Shown here in pieces: positions 19,148 to 29,245 of a stretch of DNA of 64,000 nt. A program made the translations under genes and the position numbers. The notes beneath the pieces are model-generated. The model saw nothing but the letters and a program-made list of their open reading frames with translations, ran no database searches and was not told the DNA's origin. Origin of the DNA: Candidatus Heimdallarchaeum endolithica (GTDB lineage: Archaea > Asgardarchaeota > Heimdallarchaeia > Heimdallarchaeales > Heimdallarchaeaceae); assembly GCA_021513715.1 (NCBI GenBank), contig CP084167.1, positions 1,408,001 through 1,472,000 of the forward strand. Reading direction: 5' to 3'. Within the stretch, counting starts at the first letter, position 1; every line of letters begins with the position of its first letter.

Positions 19148-20740
19148 TTAAAGAGTTTTGCTCATATACGGACCATCTCTTTTATAACCTAGTTTTCTAT
19201 AATAATCTCTTACACCAACACCAGAAATAACTGATATTTTCTTATATCCTCTTTCGACACCAATTTCTTCAGCAATTTGAACTAGTTCTTTTCCAAAACC
19301 TCTATGTTGCCATTCATACTCTTCTTCACCTTTCTTATGAACAGAAAGAGATTCACCGTAAACATGCAACTCCCTGATAACAATTGTGGGTTGAGAGAGA
19401 AATTCTGGTCTATAATTGTCCTCGCTTAACTCTCTTAATCTAAGAAAACCAATAATCACATCGTGTTTTACTTCTTCAAAAGATAAAAAGTGCTCAATTC
19501 CCTTACTTGCTTTATATTTTCTTTTTACTAGTTCAATTGATTGAGGATCAAACTCTCCTTTATTTTTATAGAGATAGTGCCCTACTTCTCTACATCTAAT
19601 ACACCTACATTTTTTACCTTTCGATTTTAAGAAAGCTTGTATGTCTAACCTCAAATCGCTTTTTTTAGGTCCTGCAGCTATTTGATGTGCAGGAATATCA
19701 CGCAAGATTCTTTTTATTCTCACATAAGGAGGAACAAATTCTTTTATTTTGGCAATTAGTTCAATTGTTTCTTCATCAGTTAAAGCTTGATACTCACCTT
19801 TTTTCCATAGATCATAAAGTTTTGTACCAGGTATAACCATTGTAGGATAAATTTTGATTTCATCTGGTTGATAATCTTGTGATTGAAAAATTGTTTTGAA
19901 AGCTTCTATATCTCTTTCTTTTGTTGAACCAGGTAGTCCAGGCATCATATGTGCTGTTATTTTCAACCCTGCATCTTTTGTTAGTTGAATAGCTTTAATT
20001 GAATCAGCAGCAGTGTGTCCTCTAATCATTTTTTCGAAAACATCATCATAAACTGTTTGAATACCTAATTCAAGTCTGGTTACACCATAATTTAACAATT
20101 CATCTATTGTTTGCTTATCTATTTGATCTGGTCTTGTTTCTGCAGTTAACCCAACACATCGATGTTTAGCATGTTCATTAATTTCATGAGCTTCCTCTAT
20201 TGTATTAGAATCTACTCCATTAAAACCATCAAACATTCTTCTGATAAACCATTCTTGATAGTCTTTTGGCTGGTAAGTAAAAGTTCCACCCATAATAATT
20301 GCATCTATTTTCTCTGTAGAATGGCCTATAGCTTCTAATTGATTAATCCTTTCAGTTACTTGAAGATAAGGATCATAATTATTTCTTATCCCTCTTCTAG
20401 AAGTAGGTTCATAACCTGTATAACTTTGAGGTCTGTCAACATCTGGTCCACCAGGACACATAATACATTTGCCATGAGGACAAGCCCAAGGTCTAGTCAT
20501 TACAGCAACAATTGCTACACCAGAAAGTGTTCTAACTCTTCTTTTTATTAAATAAGGACGCAGTTTTTCTAGTTCTTCATCATTACATATAGCAAGAATA
20601 TCACTATTTCTAGGGAAAAAGGATAAAGAATACTCTTTAGCTACTTTTCTCTTTATCTGGTCAATAGTTTTATCATTTAATTTAGACTGACTCAACAACT
20701 GTTTTTTAATTTCAGTAAAAGCAGAAAGAGATTTATTCAT
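19148..20740 (-). CDS. elp3: tRNA uridine(34) acetyltransferase Elp3 (radical SAM plus KAT)
   Basis: RTLSGVA.VAVM..P..CPHG.C..CPGG, ETRPD, C.CIRCRE, RELHVYG, QHRG.G and ISGVGVR.YY. Confidence 0.97.
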   Translation of the reverse strand: MNKSLSAFTEIKKQLLSQSKLNDKTIDQIKRKVAKEYSLSFFPRNSDILAICNDEELEKLRPYLIKRRVRTLSGVAIVAVMTRPWACPHGKCIMCPGGPDVDRPQSYTGYEPTSRRGIRNNYDPYLQVTERINQLEAIGHSTEKIDAIIMGGTFTYQPKDYQEWFIRRMFDGFNGVDSNTIEEAHEINEHAKHRCVGLTAETRPDQIDKQTIDELLNYGVTRLELGIQTVYDDVFEKMIRGHTAADSIKAIQLTKDAGLKITAHMMPGLPGSTKERDIEAFKTIFQSQDYQPDEIKIYPTMVIPGTKLYDLWKKGEYQALTDEETIELIAKIKEFVPPYVRIKRILRDIPAHQIAAGPKKSDLRLDIQAFLKSKGKKCRCIRCREVGHYLYKNKGEFDPQSIELVKRKYKASKGIEHFLSFEEVKHDVIIGFLRLRELSEDNYRPEFLSQPTIVIRELHVYGESLSVHKKGEEEYEWQHRGFGKELVQIAEEIGVERGYKKISVISGVGVRDYYRKLGYKRDGPYMSKTL

Positions 20741-20788
20741 CGAAATCTTCGCTCGAATGATAAAAAGACAATATAAATAAAAGATGAT

Positions 20789-20971
20789 TTACATATTATG
20801 TCTGCGTGAACCCATACTTGTTGGTTGGCCTGGAAATTTTCCTTTAATTACTCTTCTAATATAATTATTTCTATGTCCCAATCTTGGAATAGGACTAACA
20901 CGTTCTTTTCCTTGTACTTTTGGCGTTTGTTTTCTTACTTTTCCAGCTTTTTGTAACGAACCGTGACCCAT
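20789..20971 (-). CDS. rps30e: 30S ribosomal protein S30e
   Basis: HGSL.KAGKVR.QTPKV. Confidence 0.96.
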   Translation of the reverse strand: MGHGSLQKAGKVRKQTPKVQGKERVSPIPRLGHRNNYIRRVIKGKFPGQPTSMGSRRHNM

Positions 20972-21061
20972 TTAATCACATCCACAAATTTCCTATTTCA
21001 TTGCAGATAAGAACTATATAAAAATATTTAGATTTCGTTGAATTCTCAGAAAAATTTGTGC

Positions 21062-21267
21062 CCAGATAGGAAGGAAATCTTTCTCGATGCTTCAGAGGTC
21101 TGGTAATTGAGGTTATACCTCTTTTGGGGGTTCTGGCAGACTATAAGTCTGTGTTCTGGGGTTTAGAACTTTGTTAGGAGGTCATTCCTATAAAAAAGGG
21201 GGTGTTTAACCAAACTCATTCGCGCCCTACATGGAGGGATTGAGCATCGGTTACTCTTCCTATCTGG
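21062..21267 (+). ncRNA. Unassigned structured RNA candidate (~206 nt)
   Basis: A perfect 12-bp terminal helix (CCAGATAGGAAG/CTTCCTATCTGG), nested helices and hairpins, GC-richer than its flanks, no ORF, and a T6 tract at 21280-21285. Strand inferred from G-U pairs. Confidence 0.55.
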
Positions 21268-21350
21268 TTTACACTTCCCTTTTTTAGTTCTAACTCATCA
21301 AAGTATCCACAACATTATTTATAAATCTTTTTCTGATTGTAACCTACATT

Positions 21351-22369
21351 TGTTTACTCAATAGACTTGGGTTACACTTTTGGGTACTAGAGAAACATAG
21401 GGGTGATTCATAAATCTTTCTCCTGGGGTGAGGAAGTTAAGAGATTGGTGAGGACGACTAAAATTGTAGTAAGAGCGGTAGTAGGAGAGATCTGCGTTGC
21501 AGTATTTTAGACCTAATCTTTCCATCTCACGGATGATTGTTGGGTCCCATGTAGTCTTTCTACTTTTCCACATGTTTCGGGGTGAAAAACTCTAGCTCTG
21601 ATGTGTTTTATTCCTTCTGTTTGACACCAACGGGAGAAGGTACTTGTTCCTCCTCTAACGGAAGAGAAGAGTGCTCCATTGTCCGTGAGGATAGACTCGG
21701 GGTAACCGTACTCTTTTATTGCTTCCTCTAGTAGATTTATTATCTGCTCTTTTTTTGGTGCAAAAGGGTGGAATTTAGCTCCCAGACAGAATCGTGAGTG
21801 GTCGTCTATCAAGGTTATGAGATGGAGATGTTGTCCCTGTTCTTCTACCCAGAATGGTCCTTTCACATCTATTTGCCAGAGTTCGTTAGGTTTTTGACGT
21901 TCAAAACTCTTGTATCGAGGTCTCTTCCTCTTTTTTCTATTGACCCATAAAGGAAGACCTAACTCTTTTATTACTTTCGTCACTGTCGTCTGAGAGAGTG
22001 CTTTTCCTTCTCTCTTCAACAAATAAGCTATCTTCTCCACATTCATTCCTTGTTTTATTCTTAACTCCCTTATCCTCTCTTTTAACTCCTCATCCACTTT
22101 CCTGTGTATAGTTTTTGGTCTGGAGGATCTATCTTTCCACCAACCATTCTCCTTCAGGGTTCTCTCTGAACCTCTTCAACCACTTATACACAAACTTCCT
22201 ACTCACCATATACTTGTGAGCTATCTCTTTTATCTTCTCTCCTTCCAAAGCTTTTTTAACTACAATTTTTCTTAGTTTCTCCAGGTTACGTTCGGTCTTA
22301 TTCATATTTAATCACTTACCCACGTAACCCACTTCTATTTATTTGTTACCAATGTGAGTGGAGTATACA
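21351..22369 (-). mobile_element. IS481-family insertion sequence, 1019 bp, with 16-bp direct repeat
   Basis: Imperfect TIRs TGTTTACTC..TTGGGTTAC / TGTATACTC..TTGGTAAC (TGT...ACA ends), flanked by GATTGTAACCTACATT at 21335-21350 and 22370-22385. Confidence 0.92.
21358..22305 (-). pseudogene. IS481-family DDE transposase with two frameshifts
   Basis: ATG 22305 opens an HTH (MNKTERNLEKLRK...VSRKFVYKWLKRF). Frameshift near 22143; rve core WQID/LTDNG/GKVER; second frameshift near 21540; C-terminal YN..RPHQSL...TP. Confidence 0.88.
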
Positions 22370-22402
22370 GATTGTAACCTACATTGAAAAAAGAGAAAAA
22401 AA

Positions 22403-23590
22403 TTATAAAATGTCTTTAAAGCAGTTTAAAAAACCAAGAAGAGCGTAAATAGCAGTTCCTTTCCAGAGTACACTTTCATCGACATCAAATTTTGGATGGT
22501 GATGAGGAGCAGTTATACCCTTCTCTTCATTTCTTGTTCCTAGTGTAATAAAAGCCCCTTTAGTCTTTTTTAAATAATAAGCAAAATCTTCTCCACCCAT
22601 CGTCATTTTTGCTTCGCTGACAGTATCTAGAGCTGAGAGAACTTTTTTCGCGAGTTCCACTGCCTCTTCATTATTAACTACAGGGGGGTAAGCAGGATCA
22701 TGCAATTTTATTTCAGCTTCACATCTCCAAGCTTTACTATATCCTTCTGTTACTTCCTTCAATCGTTTGAGAATAAATTCTCTTATCTCCTCATTAAAAG
22801 TTCTAAATGTTCCCTCTAAAACCGCTCTAGCAGGGATTATATTATGTGCATCACTCCCAGATAATCTTGGGCTTGATAAAACAACATGTTCTAAAGGATC
22901 TATTTCTCTTGAGATAATCTTTTGAAGAGCATTATAAATATCTACTAATACAGAAGTAGGGTCAAAAGTCTCATGAGGAGATGCAGCATGTCCTCCTTTT
23001 CCTGTTATTGTAATAATGAAACTATCTGAAGAAGCTAGAAAAGGCCCAACTCTAGTTTCAATTGTTCCTGCATCGTTATCACCCCATACATGTAAACCAT
23101 ATACATAGTCCACATCATCAAGTATCCCCTCCTCTGTAACCAGTTTTCCTCCTCCATCGCCTTCTTCTGCTGGTTGAAAAATCAATTTTATTTTTCCTAC
23201 TAGTTTATCCTTGTGTTCATAGATTATTTTTGCAGCCCCCAATAACATCGCAGTGTGTGCATCATGACCACAAGCATGCATTTTTCCTTTATTTCTACTT
23301 TTATATTCCACTTCATTTTCTTCTTGGACATTTAAAGCATCAATATCAGCCCTTAAACCAATAGTCAATCCAAGTTCTTTTCCTTCTAAAATGGCTAATA
23401 CACCAGTTTTAGCTATTTTCTTTGTTTCATAACCAATTTTTTGAAGTTCTTTTTCGATAAAAACTTGAGTCTCATATTCTTCAAAAGCTGTTTCAGGATT
23501 CATATGTAGATGTCTACGCTTTTCTATTATATAGGAACTTAATTCTTTTGCCTTATTTATAATAATATTTTGTAATTTCTCAGTGCTCAT
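22403..23590 (-). CDS. M20D family amidohydrolase / carboxypeptidase
   Basis: RR.LH.NPE, LRADIDAL, MHACGHD.H, FQPAEE, G.GGHA, GEDF and HHP.F. Confidence 0.95.
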   Translation of the reverse strand: MSTEKLQNIIINKAKELSSYIIEKRRHLHMNPETAFEEYETQVFIEKELQKIGYETKKIAKTGVLAILEGKELGLTIGLRADIDALNVQEENEVEYKSRNKGKMHACGHDAHTAMLLGAAKIIYEHKDKLVGKIKLIFQPAEEGDGGGKLVTEEGILDDVDYVYGLHVWGDNDAGTIETRVGPFLASSDSFIITITGKGGHAASPHETFDPTSVLVDIYNALQKIISREIDPLEHVVLSSPRLSGSDAHNIIPARAVLEGTFRTFNEEIREFILKRLKEVTEGYSKAWRCEAEIKLHDPAYPPVVNNEEAVELAKKVLSALDTVSEAKMTMGGEDFAYYLKKTKGAFITLGTRNEEKGITAPHHHPKFDVDESVLWKGTAIYALLGFLNCFKDIL

Positions 23591-23745
23591 CTAAGTCACA
23601 CCTTACCTAATAAAAAAAGAAATTTTTTGTTTAAAAATATTTTTGAACAAAGATGCTTTCATTCTTTATGAAAAAAATGAACTAGTAACAACTATTTCTC
23701 GCTAAAAAGTAGAATTAATAAACGCTTGAAGTAATTTTATCACAA

Positions 23746-25605
23746 GTGTATAAAATGTCAAAGAACGCCAAGATCCCCGAAGAACGAAAGAAGAAGATAC
23801 CTAAAGGACTTATCTATTTATTGGCCTTGATTTTTATAATAACTTCTATTTTCGCAATAATTGTCTTTGTCCCACAACCTCCTCCTTCAAATGCTCTTTT
23901 TTCTATTTCTATAAGATCATATACAACTGGCTATGAGAAGAGCTATTATTCTGAATACTCTACGACTATTCAAACAAATTTAGGAGAGATAGGGATAAAT
24001 GCAGAAGTAAAGAGCACTGATTATGCTACATTTTTGGATAAAGTTGTAGTGAACAAAGATTACGATTTAGCAATTTTAGAATTTGAGATAGAAAGTGCTC
24101 CCCATCTTGAAGTTTTATTTAGAGAAAATGCGAGTTTAAATATTTTCAACTATAAGAATGATCTAGATAATGGGTATATAATAAACAAAATAGATTTAGC
24201 CGAGAAAACAGTTGACTTTGATGAAAGAAAAAACATCTATTTTGATATTCAAACATATTTAATGGCAAATATTTTACCTTTTATCCCATTGTTCACTCCA
24301 GTAAACACTTATGCTTATTGGAAGCAGGTAAACAATTTTTCTGCAGAGTTGGGTTTATCTGACAGTCTTCCTTACATGTATTTATCCGACCCTTCAAAGG
24401 AGCAACTTAAAGTAGGAATAGGTTATTGGAACAACATAGACCCTCTGAGTTCACAGAGAACTTCTGAGAAAGAACTTGTTTCTCTTTTTATGGACAAATT
24501 AATTAAAACATCTCCAGATGGCTCTATTATTGATGGAGGACTAATTAAAGATTGGAAATTTGAAAATGAGACCACGTTGTTACTTACAGTTAGACCAAAT
24601 GTTTATTGGCAACCAGATGTAGATAATGAATATACAGATGAACCATTTACTATAGACGATGTGATTTTTACTCTAAATGTTTTTAAGAGTCCTTATGTAA
24701 ATAATGAGTTTCACAAATATGATTGGATCAAAAAGATAACAAAAGTTAACGAAACTACAATTTCAATTACCATAGATGCTGATAGAGAAACAAAAATAAA
24801 TGAACCTTATGCTTATGCTTTAGATGATTTAAGCATTTATGCTCTTCCAGAGCACTATCTTAATGTTACTGGATCATGGGAAGGGATAACTAGTTCAACT
24901 AAATGGGTGAAGTTTAGTTCCTATCCTTTTGGAACAGGTAAATATAAAATTAATTTTGACGAAACTGAAAAAGGTGTTACTATCGTTTTTGATAAATTTG
25001 CCAATTGGCATGGAGCAGGGGTAATACCTAACGTTCCAACAGAATTAAGTATCGAATCTTTATGGATAAACACTTACAGAGACAATTATGCTTTGCTTCT
25101 TTCTTTACAAAATAATGATATAGATTTTGCTATTTTTGGTAAAGATTCACAGATAGCAAATTCTTTATCAACTTCTGAAATAGAAATTCAACACTCTCCA
25201 TCAAACTCAATAGTTGTACTTGCTATCAACTTAAACAATCAATACTTTGGTGGAGAAAATAACTATATCAACACTACAGAAACATCCATTTCTAAAGCAT
25301 TAGCTGTTCGAAAAGCAATTGCCTATGCAGTAAACAGAGAGCAATTAAATCAAGGTTTTCATGACGAATTTTATATCATAACAGACACAATAATTCCCTA
25401 TGGAACTAAATACTATTATTCAGGAACAGAAAAATATGATTTTTCAATTCAAAAAGCGATAAGCTACTTAGAGTTGGCAGGTTTCACTGCAAAAACGCAA
25501 AATTCTGAAACTAGTACAGCTCCTGAAACATTCTGGTTTTCATTAATAGCTATTATACTTATCCCAACATTCAAATTTATACGTCAATATAAAAAAAGGA
25601 AATAA
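23746..25605 (+). CDS. ABC peptide-binding protein (SBP family 5), apparently circularly permuted, anchored at both ends
   Basis: IQ.NL..IGI...DYDLAI and RK.IY..IQ (normally C-terminal) precede V.W.....FT.DDV.FT, P.GTGKY and VRKAIAYAVNR; TM segments at both termini. Confidence 0.85.
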   Translation: MYKMSKNAKIPEERKKKIPKGLIYLLALIFIITSIFAIIVFVPQPPPSNALFSISIRSYTTGYEKSYYSEYSTTIQTNLGEIGINAEVKSTDYATFLDKVVVNKDYDLAILEFEIESAPHLEVLFRENASLNIFNYKNDLDNGYIINKIDLAEKTVDFDERKNIYFDIQTYLMANILPFIPLFTPVNTYAYWKQVNNFSAELGLSDSLPYMYLSDPSKEQLKVGIGYWNNIDPLSSQRTSEKELVSLFMDKLIKTSPDGSIIDGGLIKDWKFENETTLLLTVRPNVYWQPDVDNEYTDEPFTIDDVIFTLNVFKSPYVNNEFHKYDWIKKITKVNETTISITIDADRETKINEPYAYALDDLSIYALPEHYLNVTGSWEGITSSTKWVKFSSYPFGTGKYKINFDETEKGVTIVFDKFANWHGAGVIPNVPTELSIESLWINTYRDNYALLLSLQNNDIDFAIFGKDSQIANSLSTSEIEIQHSPSNSIVVLAINLNNQYFGGENNYINTTETSISKALAVRKAIAYAVNREQLNQGFHDEFYIITDTIIPYGTKYYYSGTEKYDFSIQKAISYLELAGFTAKTQNSETSTAPETFWFSLIAIILIPTFKFIRQYKKRK

Positions 25606-25702
25606 TGCTCTATCTATTTTCCCCCATCTAATTTTTTCTCTTTTAATATAAGAAAATTTCTGGTCAATAGAAACTTTTTTTAGAGGATTTTAGGATTGTA
25701 AG

Positions 25703-26725
25703 TTGATTTGTTTGAAAGAATTAGATATAATGTTTTTTGAAACACTTATTGATATTATACCTAATTTAGTAGTGATTCTTGATAATAAAGGCGATATTGT
25801 TAAATTTAACAAAGAAGCAGAAATAGTTACTGGATATAATGAAAAAGAAGTATTATACAAAAATGTTTTTGATGTATTTATAGCAAAAGAGGAGCTAGAA
25901 GATGTTAAGAATGTTTTTTTTCAGTTAAAAGAAAAAAATTTTCCAAACCGTTTTATAAATTCATGGATCACAAAAAATGGAGAAAAAAAACTTATTTCAT
26001 GGAATAATACTTGTAAAGCTGATGATAAAAATAATGTTAGTTTTATTATTTCAATTGGTACAGATATTACTAAAAAGATAAAAGATGCAGAAAAAATCCA
26101 AAAAATATATGACAAAATCGAAATAATAAATAAAATTCTTATTCATGATTTACAAAACGCATTATCTGTATTGCAAGGATATTTAGATTTGTATGAAGAA
26201 ACAAAAGATGACTTATATTTTCAGAGTATAAAAAAAATAGTAGAAGAAAATTTTAAAACACTAAAAAGAATGGAAACTGCTACACAAAGTGCTGAAGAGT
26301 TTAAACAAAAAAAACAGAGATTGACTAAGATTTTTGAAGAAATGGAAGAAAGATATCAATTTTTTTCAGACATAGTCCTTCATTTCGATGAAATAATTGA
26401 TGCAGAAATAAAGGTAGATGATAATTTATATTCAATCTTTGATAATTTATTTATGAATTCAATTATGCACGGAAATGCGAAGAACATTTTCATTTCATCT
26501 TCAAAAATCAAAGATAAAACAAACATAGTTCTTGAAGATGATAGTAAAATAAGTGATATTGATATACAGAAAATAATAAAGGATCTTGATTCTTATTCTA
26601 CAGGAAAATATTCAGGATTAGCATTAGTTGGTAAACTAATGAAAAATCTAAATGGAGAAATCACTGTTTCAAAAAATGAACAAGGTGGAATTAGAATAAT
26701 ATTATCTTTTCCAGATTTAGATTAA
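25703..26725 (+). CDS. PAS-domain sensor histidine kinase (degenerate G boxes)
   Basis: PAS (FN..AE..TGY...EV), H-box HDLQN, N-box NLFMNSIMHG, G1 EDDS and G2 GKYSGL. Confidence 0.85.
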   Translation: MICLKELDIMFFETLIDIIPNLVVILDNKGDIVKFNKEAEIVTGYNEKEVLYKNVFDVFIAKEELEDVKNVFFQLKEKNFPNRFINSWITKNGEKKLISWNNTCKADDKNNVSFIISIGTDITKKIKDAEKIQKIYDKIEIINKILIHDLQNALSVLQGYLDLYEETKDDLYFQSIKKIVEENFKTLKRMETATQSAEEFKQKKQRLTKIFEEMEERYQFFSDIVLHFDEIIDAEIKVDDNLYSIFDNLFMNSIMHGNAKNIFISSSKIKDKTNIVLEDDSKISDIDIQKIIKDLDSYSTGKYSGLALVGKLMKNLNGEITVSKNEQGGIRIILSFPDLD

Positions 26726-26954
26726 GGTTTGAGATCATTTGTAACTGTGCTTTCTATAAGATTTTCTCCTATTGTTACTTATCCCAATAGAAGAACTTTA
26801 GGTAGTAATAGAACTTTCTTGTGACTGGTTTGTAACACTTTGTACAAAATTCAGACAATGTTTCACTCAACTTTTATTACTAACATAAAACTAGCTGAAA
26901 AAGATAAGAATTTAGAAAAGTATTTAGTGTGAGAATAATAGTAATACTAGTAAG

Positions 26955-27749
26955 ATGAAAGCTCTTTCTGTGCAAAAATTCTTAGAAGATATTGAAAAAT
27001 TTGGTTTAAGTAAAACTTACATTGATTTGCTCACAAAGAATAAAGAACTCTTTTCGAAAGAAAAAATAACTGAAATATTAACTGAAAATCTCAATATTTA
27101 TACAGATTACACTGTACTACTTGATTTTTTAGAGTATATTTGGTCAAAAGAAAATTCAAGTCCCCTTTTACTTTACTATATATCAGGTATAGTTCATCGT
27201 TTATTTTATCTAACAAGAGAATATCTCGAAAAAAGAGAGAATCAATTAAAGCAATCAAAAGAGCAGATATCAGTTATATTATCTAAATTAAAAAAAGTCA
27301 ATAATAATGATTCAAACAAAAAAGAGAATGTTAATAGAGATAGAAAAAAGAATAATATCGTAAATATTCATTCTGCTAAAGAATTTGTTTTGTTTTTAAA
27401 AAACAGTCCTAAATTAGACAATGACTTATTCGAATGTTTAAAAATTGTAGGGAACTTATTTTTTTCCTTTCTATCTTTTCCCTATCAGCAATTATGTAAT
27501 GCAAATGATTTATCGTTATATATTTCACGAATTTTTCTGTTATGGAAGTTAAATGCACTCACTGATCAACAAATGGTTAAAATTTTTGAATATTTGCGAA
27601 ACAACAAAAAAGAGGATTTCTCATTAGAGCAACTTACTAATATTCTTTTCTTAGAATTCAAAAACTATCAATTTTTACAATTAGGAATAAATAAAGAAAT
27701 ACTTTCTAATATTTGCAGATTCATTCTCTCCAACCCAAAAAGACAATAA
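26955..27749 (+). CDS. Hypothetical protein
   Basis: 264-aa ORF with no recognisable motif. Confidence 0.55.
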   Translation: MKALSVQKFLEDIEKFGLSKTYIDLLTKNKELFSKEKITEILTENLNIYTDYTVLLDFLEYIWSKENSSPLLLYYISGIVHRLFYLTREYLEKRENQLKQSKEQISVILSKLKKVNNNDSNKKENVNRDRKKNNIVNIHSAKEFVLFLKNSPKLDNDLFECLKIVGNLFFSFLSFPYQQLCNANDLSLYISRIFLLWKLNALTDQQMVKIFEYLRNNKKEDFSLEQLTNILFLEFKNYQFLQLGINKEILSNICRFILSNPKRQ

Positions 27750-27808
27750 ATATGTAAAGAAATAGAAAATGAATGCATCTTCAGTTTTAAACAATTTTTT
27801 GTTTTTAA

Positions 27809-27918
27809 TAGTACTTCCGCAATAAGTTGACCGATTTCTATAGGTTAAAATTATAGGCGTTCATACTATCATTGACGTGTTCTCAATTCATACTTTTTGA
27901 GATAATTCGGAAGTACTA
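27809..27918 (+). mobile_element. MITE copy 1 (110 bp, 11-bp TIR TAGTACTTCCG, 6-bp TSD TTTTAA)
   Basis: TIRs at both ends; TTTTAA at 27803-27808 and 27919-27924; 107/110 identical to the reverse complement of 44587-44696. Confidence 0.9.
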
Positions 27919-27962
27919 TTTTAATACGAAACGCTTTTAAAAATTCTTGTTTCAATTGACAC

Positions 27963-29132
27963 ATGGAACCTTCTGTTTTCCTTTCTGTTATAGAAGTTGG
28001 GCCGCCCTATGTTGGTTCTCTTGCAGGAACACGTCGATATGCTTACTCTCTAATAAATTCTTTATCGTTACAAGGTATTAATATTACAGTAGTTTCTACC
28101 AACAAACTTAATAGTAAAGATCCTTTATTAGAAAAACCAAATGTCAAATTTTATTACATAAAACCCCGCAAAGAAAGGAAGGAAGGATATAGAAAAAATA
28201 TTCGTTCAATAAAAAGAGAAAGTAGATATTTCTCAAAAAAATCTTTAGAATTCTTTTTGAAATTGCAACAGCAACAAAAATTTCATTTAATCCATACAAT
28301 TGATTTTGCTTCTTTATCTTTTATTAAAGCTAAAAAAGAAGATAAAATCATATTACCTATCATTGCTTCAATAAGCAATCCAATTATAGCTTATTTCTTA
28401 AAAAAGGAGCATATAGAATGCGTAGATCAGGTAATTTACACAAACAACAAATCAAAAGAAAAATCTTTGAAACTGTTTCCTAATACAGAAAATAGAAGCA
28501 TAGTCATACCACTATCGATTGATTGTACAAAATTCTCTCAAATACCAAAAATCGAAGATATAGATAAATTTACTCAAAAATATGATCTACATCGTGATAA
28601 AGACATCATTCTTATCCTTGGACCTTTTATTCCCCGAAAAATGCAGAAAGAGCTAATTCCTCTCTTTCCAAAAATTATTCAAAAAAATTCTAACAGCTAC
28701 TTCTTATTCTGTGGAGAAGGACCAACTCTCACATCAATTAAAGAAAAGATCATTAGCTACCGTTTAGAAGACTATTTAAGCTTTACTGGTTATGTAAGTG
28801 AAGAGGAACTATATATAGCATATTATATTAGCTCAGTTTTGATTTACCCTGCTGAAAGTGGGAGTTTTGGTACACCAATAATTGAGGCTTTAGCTTCAGG
28901 ATTACCAGTAATTGCAGCAGATAAACCACCAATGAATGAAATAGTTAGTAAAGAATACTTGTATTCAATAGAAAATAAGGAACAAATAGTTGATATTGTA
29001 GTTTCTACTATTGAAAAAAGAAAAAAAGAAGATATTAGTACATTTGATTTACAAAAAGATGCTATTAAGGAACATCATCACTCTCTAGTGGGCAAAAAGA
29101 TTCTAAAGCTTTATGAGAAAGTAATTGAATAA
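27963..29132 (+). CDS. GT4 (GT-B) glycosyltransferase
   Basis: CGEGP, F.GYV, GSFGTPIIEALASGLPVIA. Confidence 0.9.
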   Translation: MEPSVFLSVIEVGPPYVGSLAGTRRYAYSLINSLSLQGINITVVSTNKLNSKDPLLEKPNVKFYYIKPRKERKEGYRKNIRSIKRESRYFSKKSLEFFLKLQQQQKFHLIHTIDFASLSFIKAKKEDKIILPIIASISNPIIAYFLKKEHIECVDQVIYTNNKSKEKSLKLFPNTENRSIVIPLSIDCTKFSQIPKIEDIDKFTQKYDLHRDKDIILILGPFIPRKMQKELIPLFPKIIQKNSNSYFLFCGEGPTLTSIKEKIISYRLEDYLSFTGYVSEEELYIAYYISSVLIYPAESGSFGTPIIEALASGLPVIAADKPPMNEIVSKEYLYSIENKEQIVDIVVSTIEKRKKEDISTFDLQKDAIKEHHHSLVGKKILKLYEKVIE

Positions 29133-29245
29133 AAGAACAAACATTTTTCTTAAAACTATTTCTCAATGCCTAATAGATTTAATTTTTTACAATAAAGATA
29201 TGGAGATAGGTTTAAATAATTGTCTTGTCATAAGATAAATGTATC

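Noticed and set aside
21062-21267. SRP RNA, RNase P RNA or tRNA
   Set aside because: It is too short for archaeal 7S and lacks the helix-8 GNRA motif. I found no complementary P4 strands and no cloverleaf or T-loop. It is kept as an unassigned RNA.
21335-22385. CRISPR repeats (GATTGTAACCTACATT twice)
   Set aside because: There are only two copies, 1 kb apart, directly flanking IS ends, so this is a target-site duplication. No CRISPR array or cas gene was seen in the window.
26726-26950. Possible sRNA in the intergenic gap (CTATTG/CAATAG hairpin)
   Set aside because: Only one weak AT-rich stem and no C/D or H/ACA boxes, so support is insufficient.
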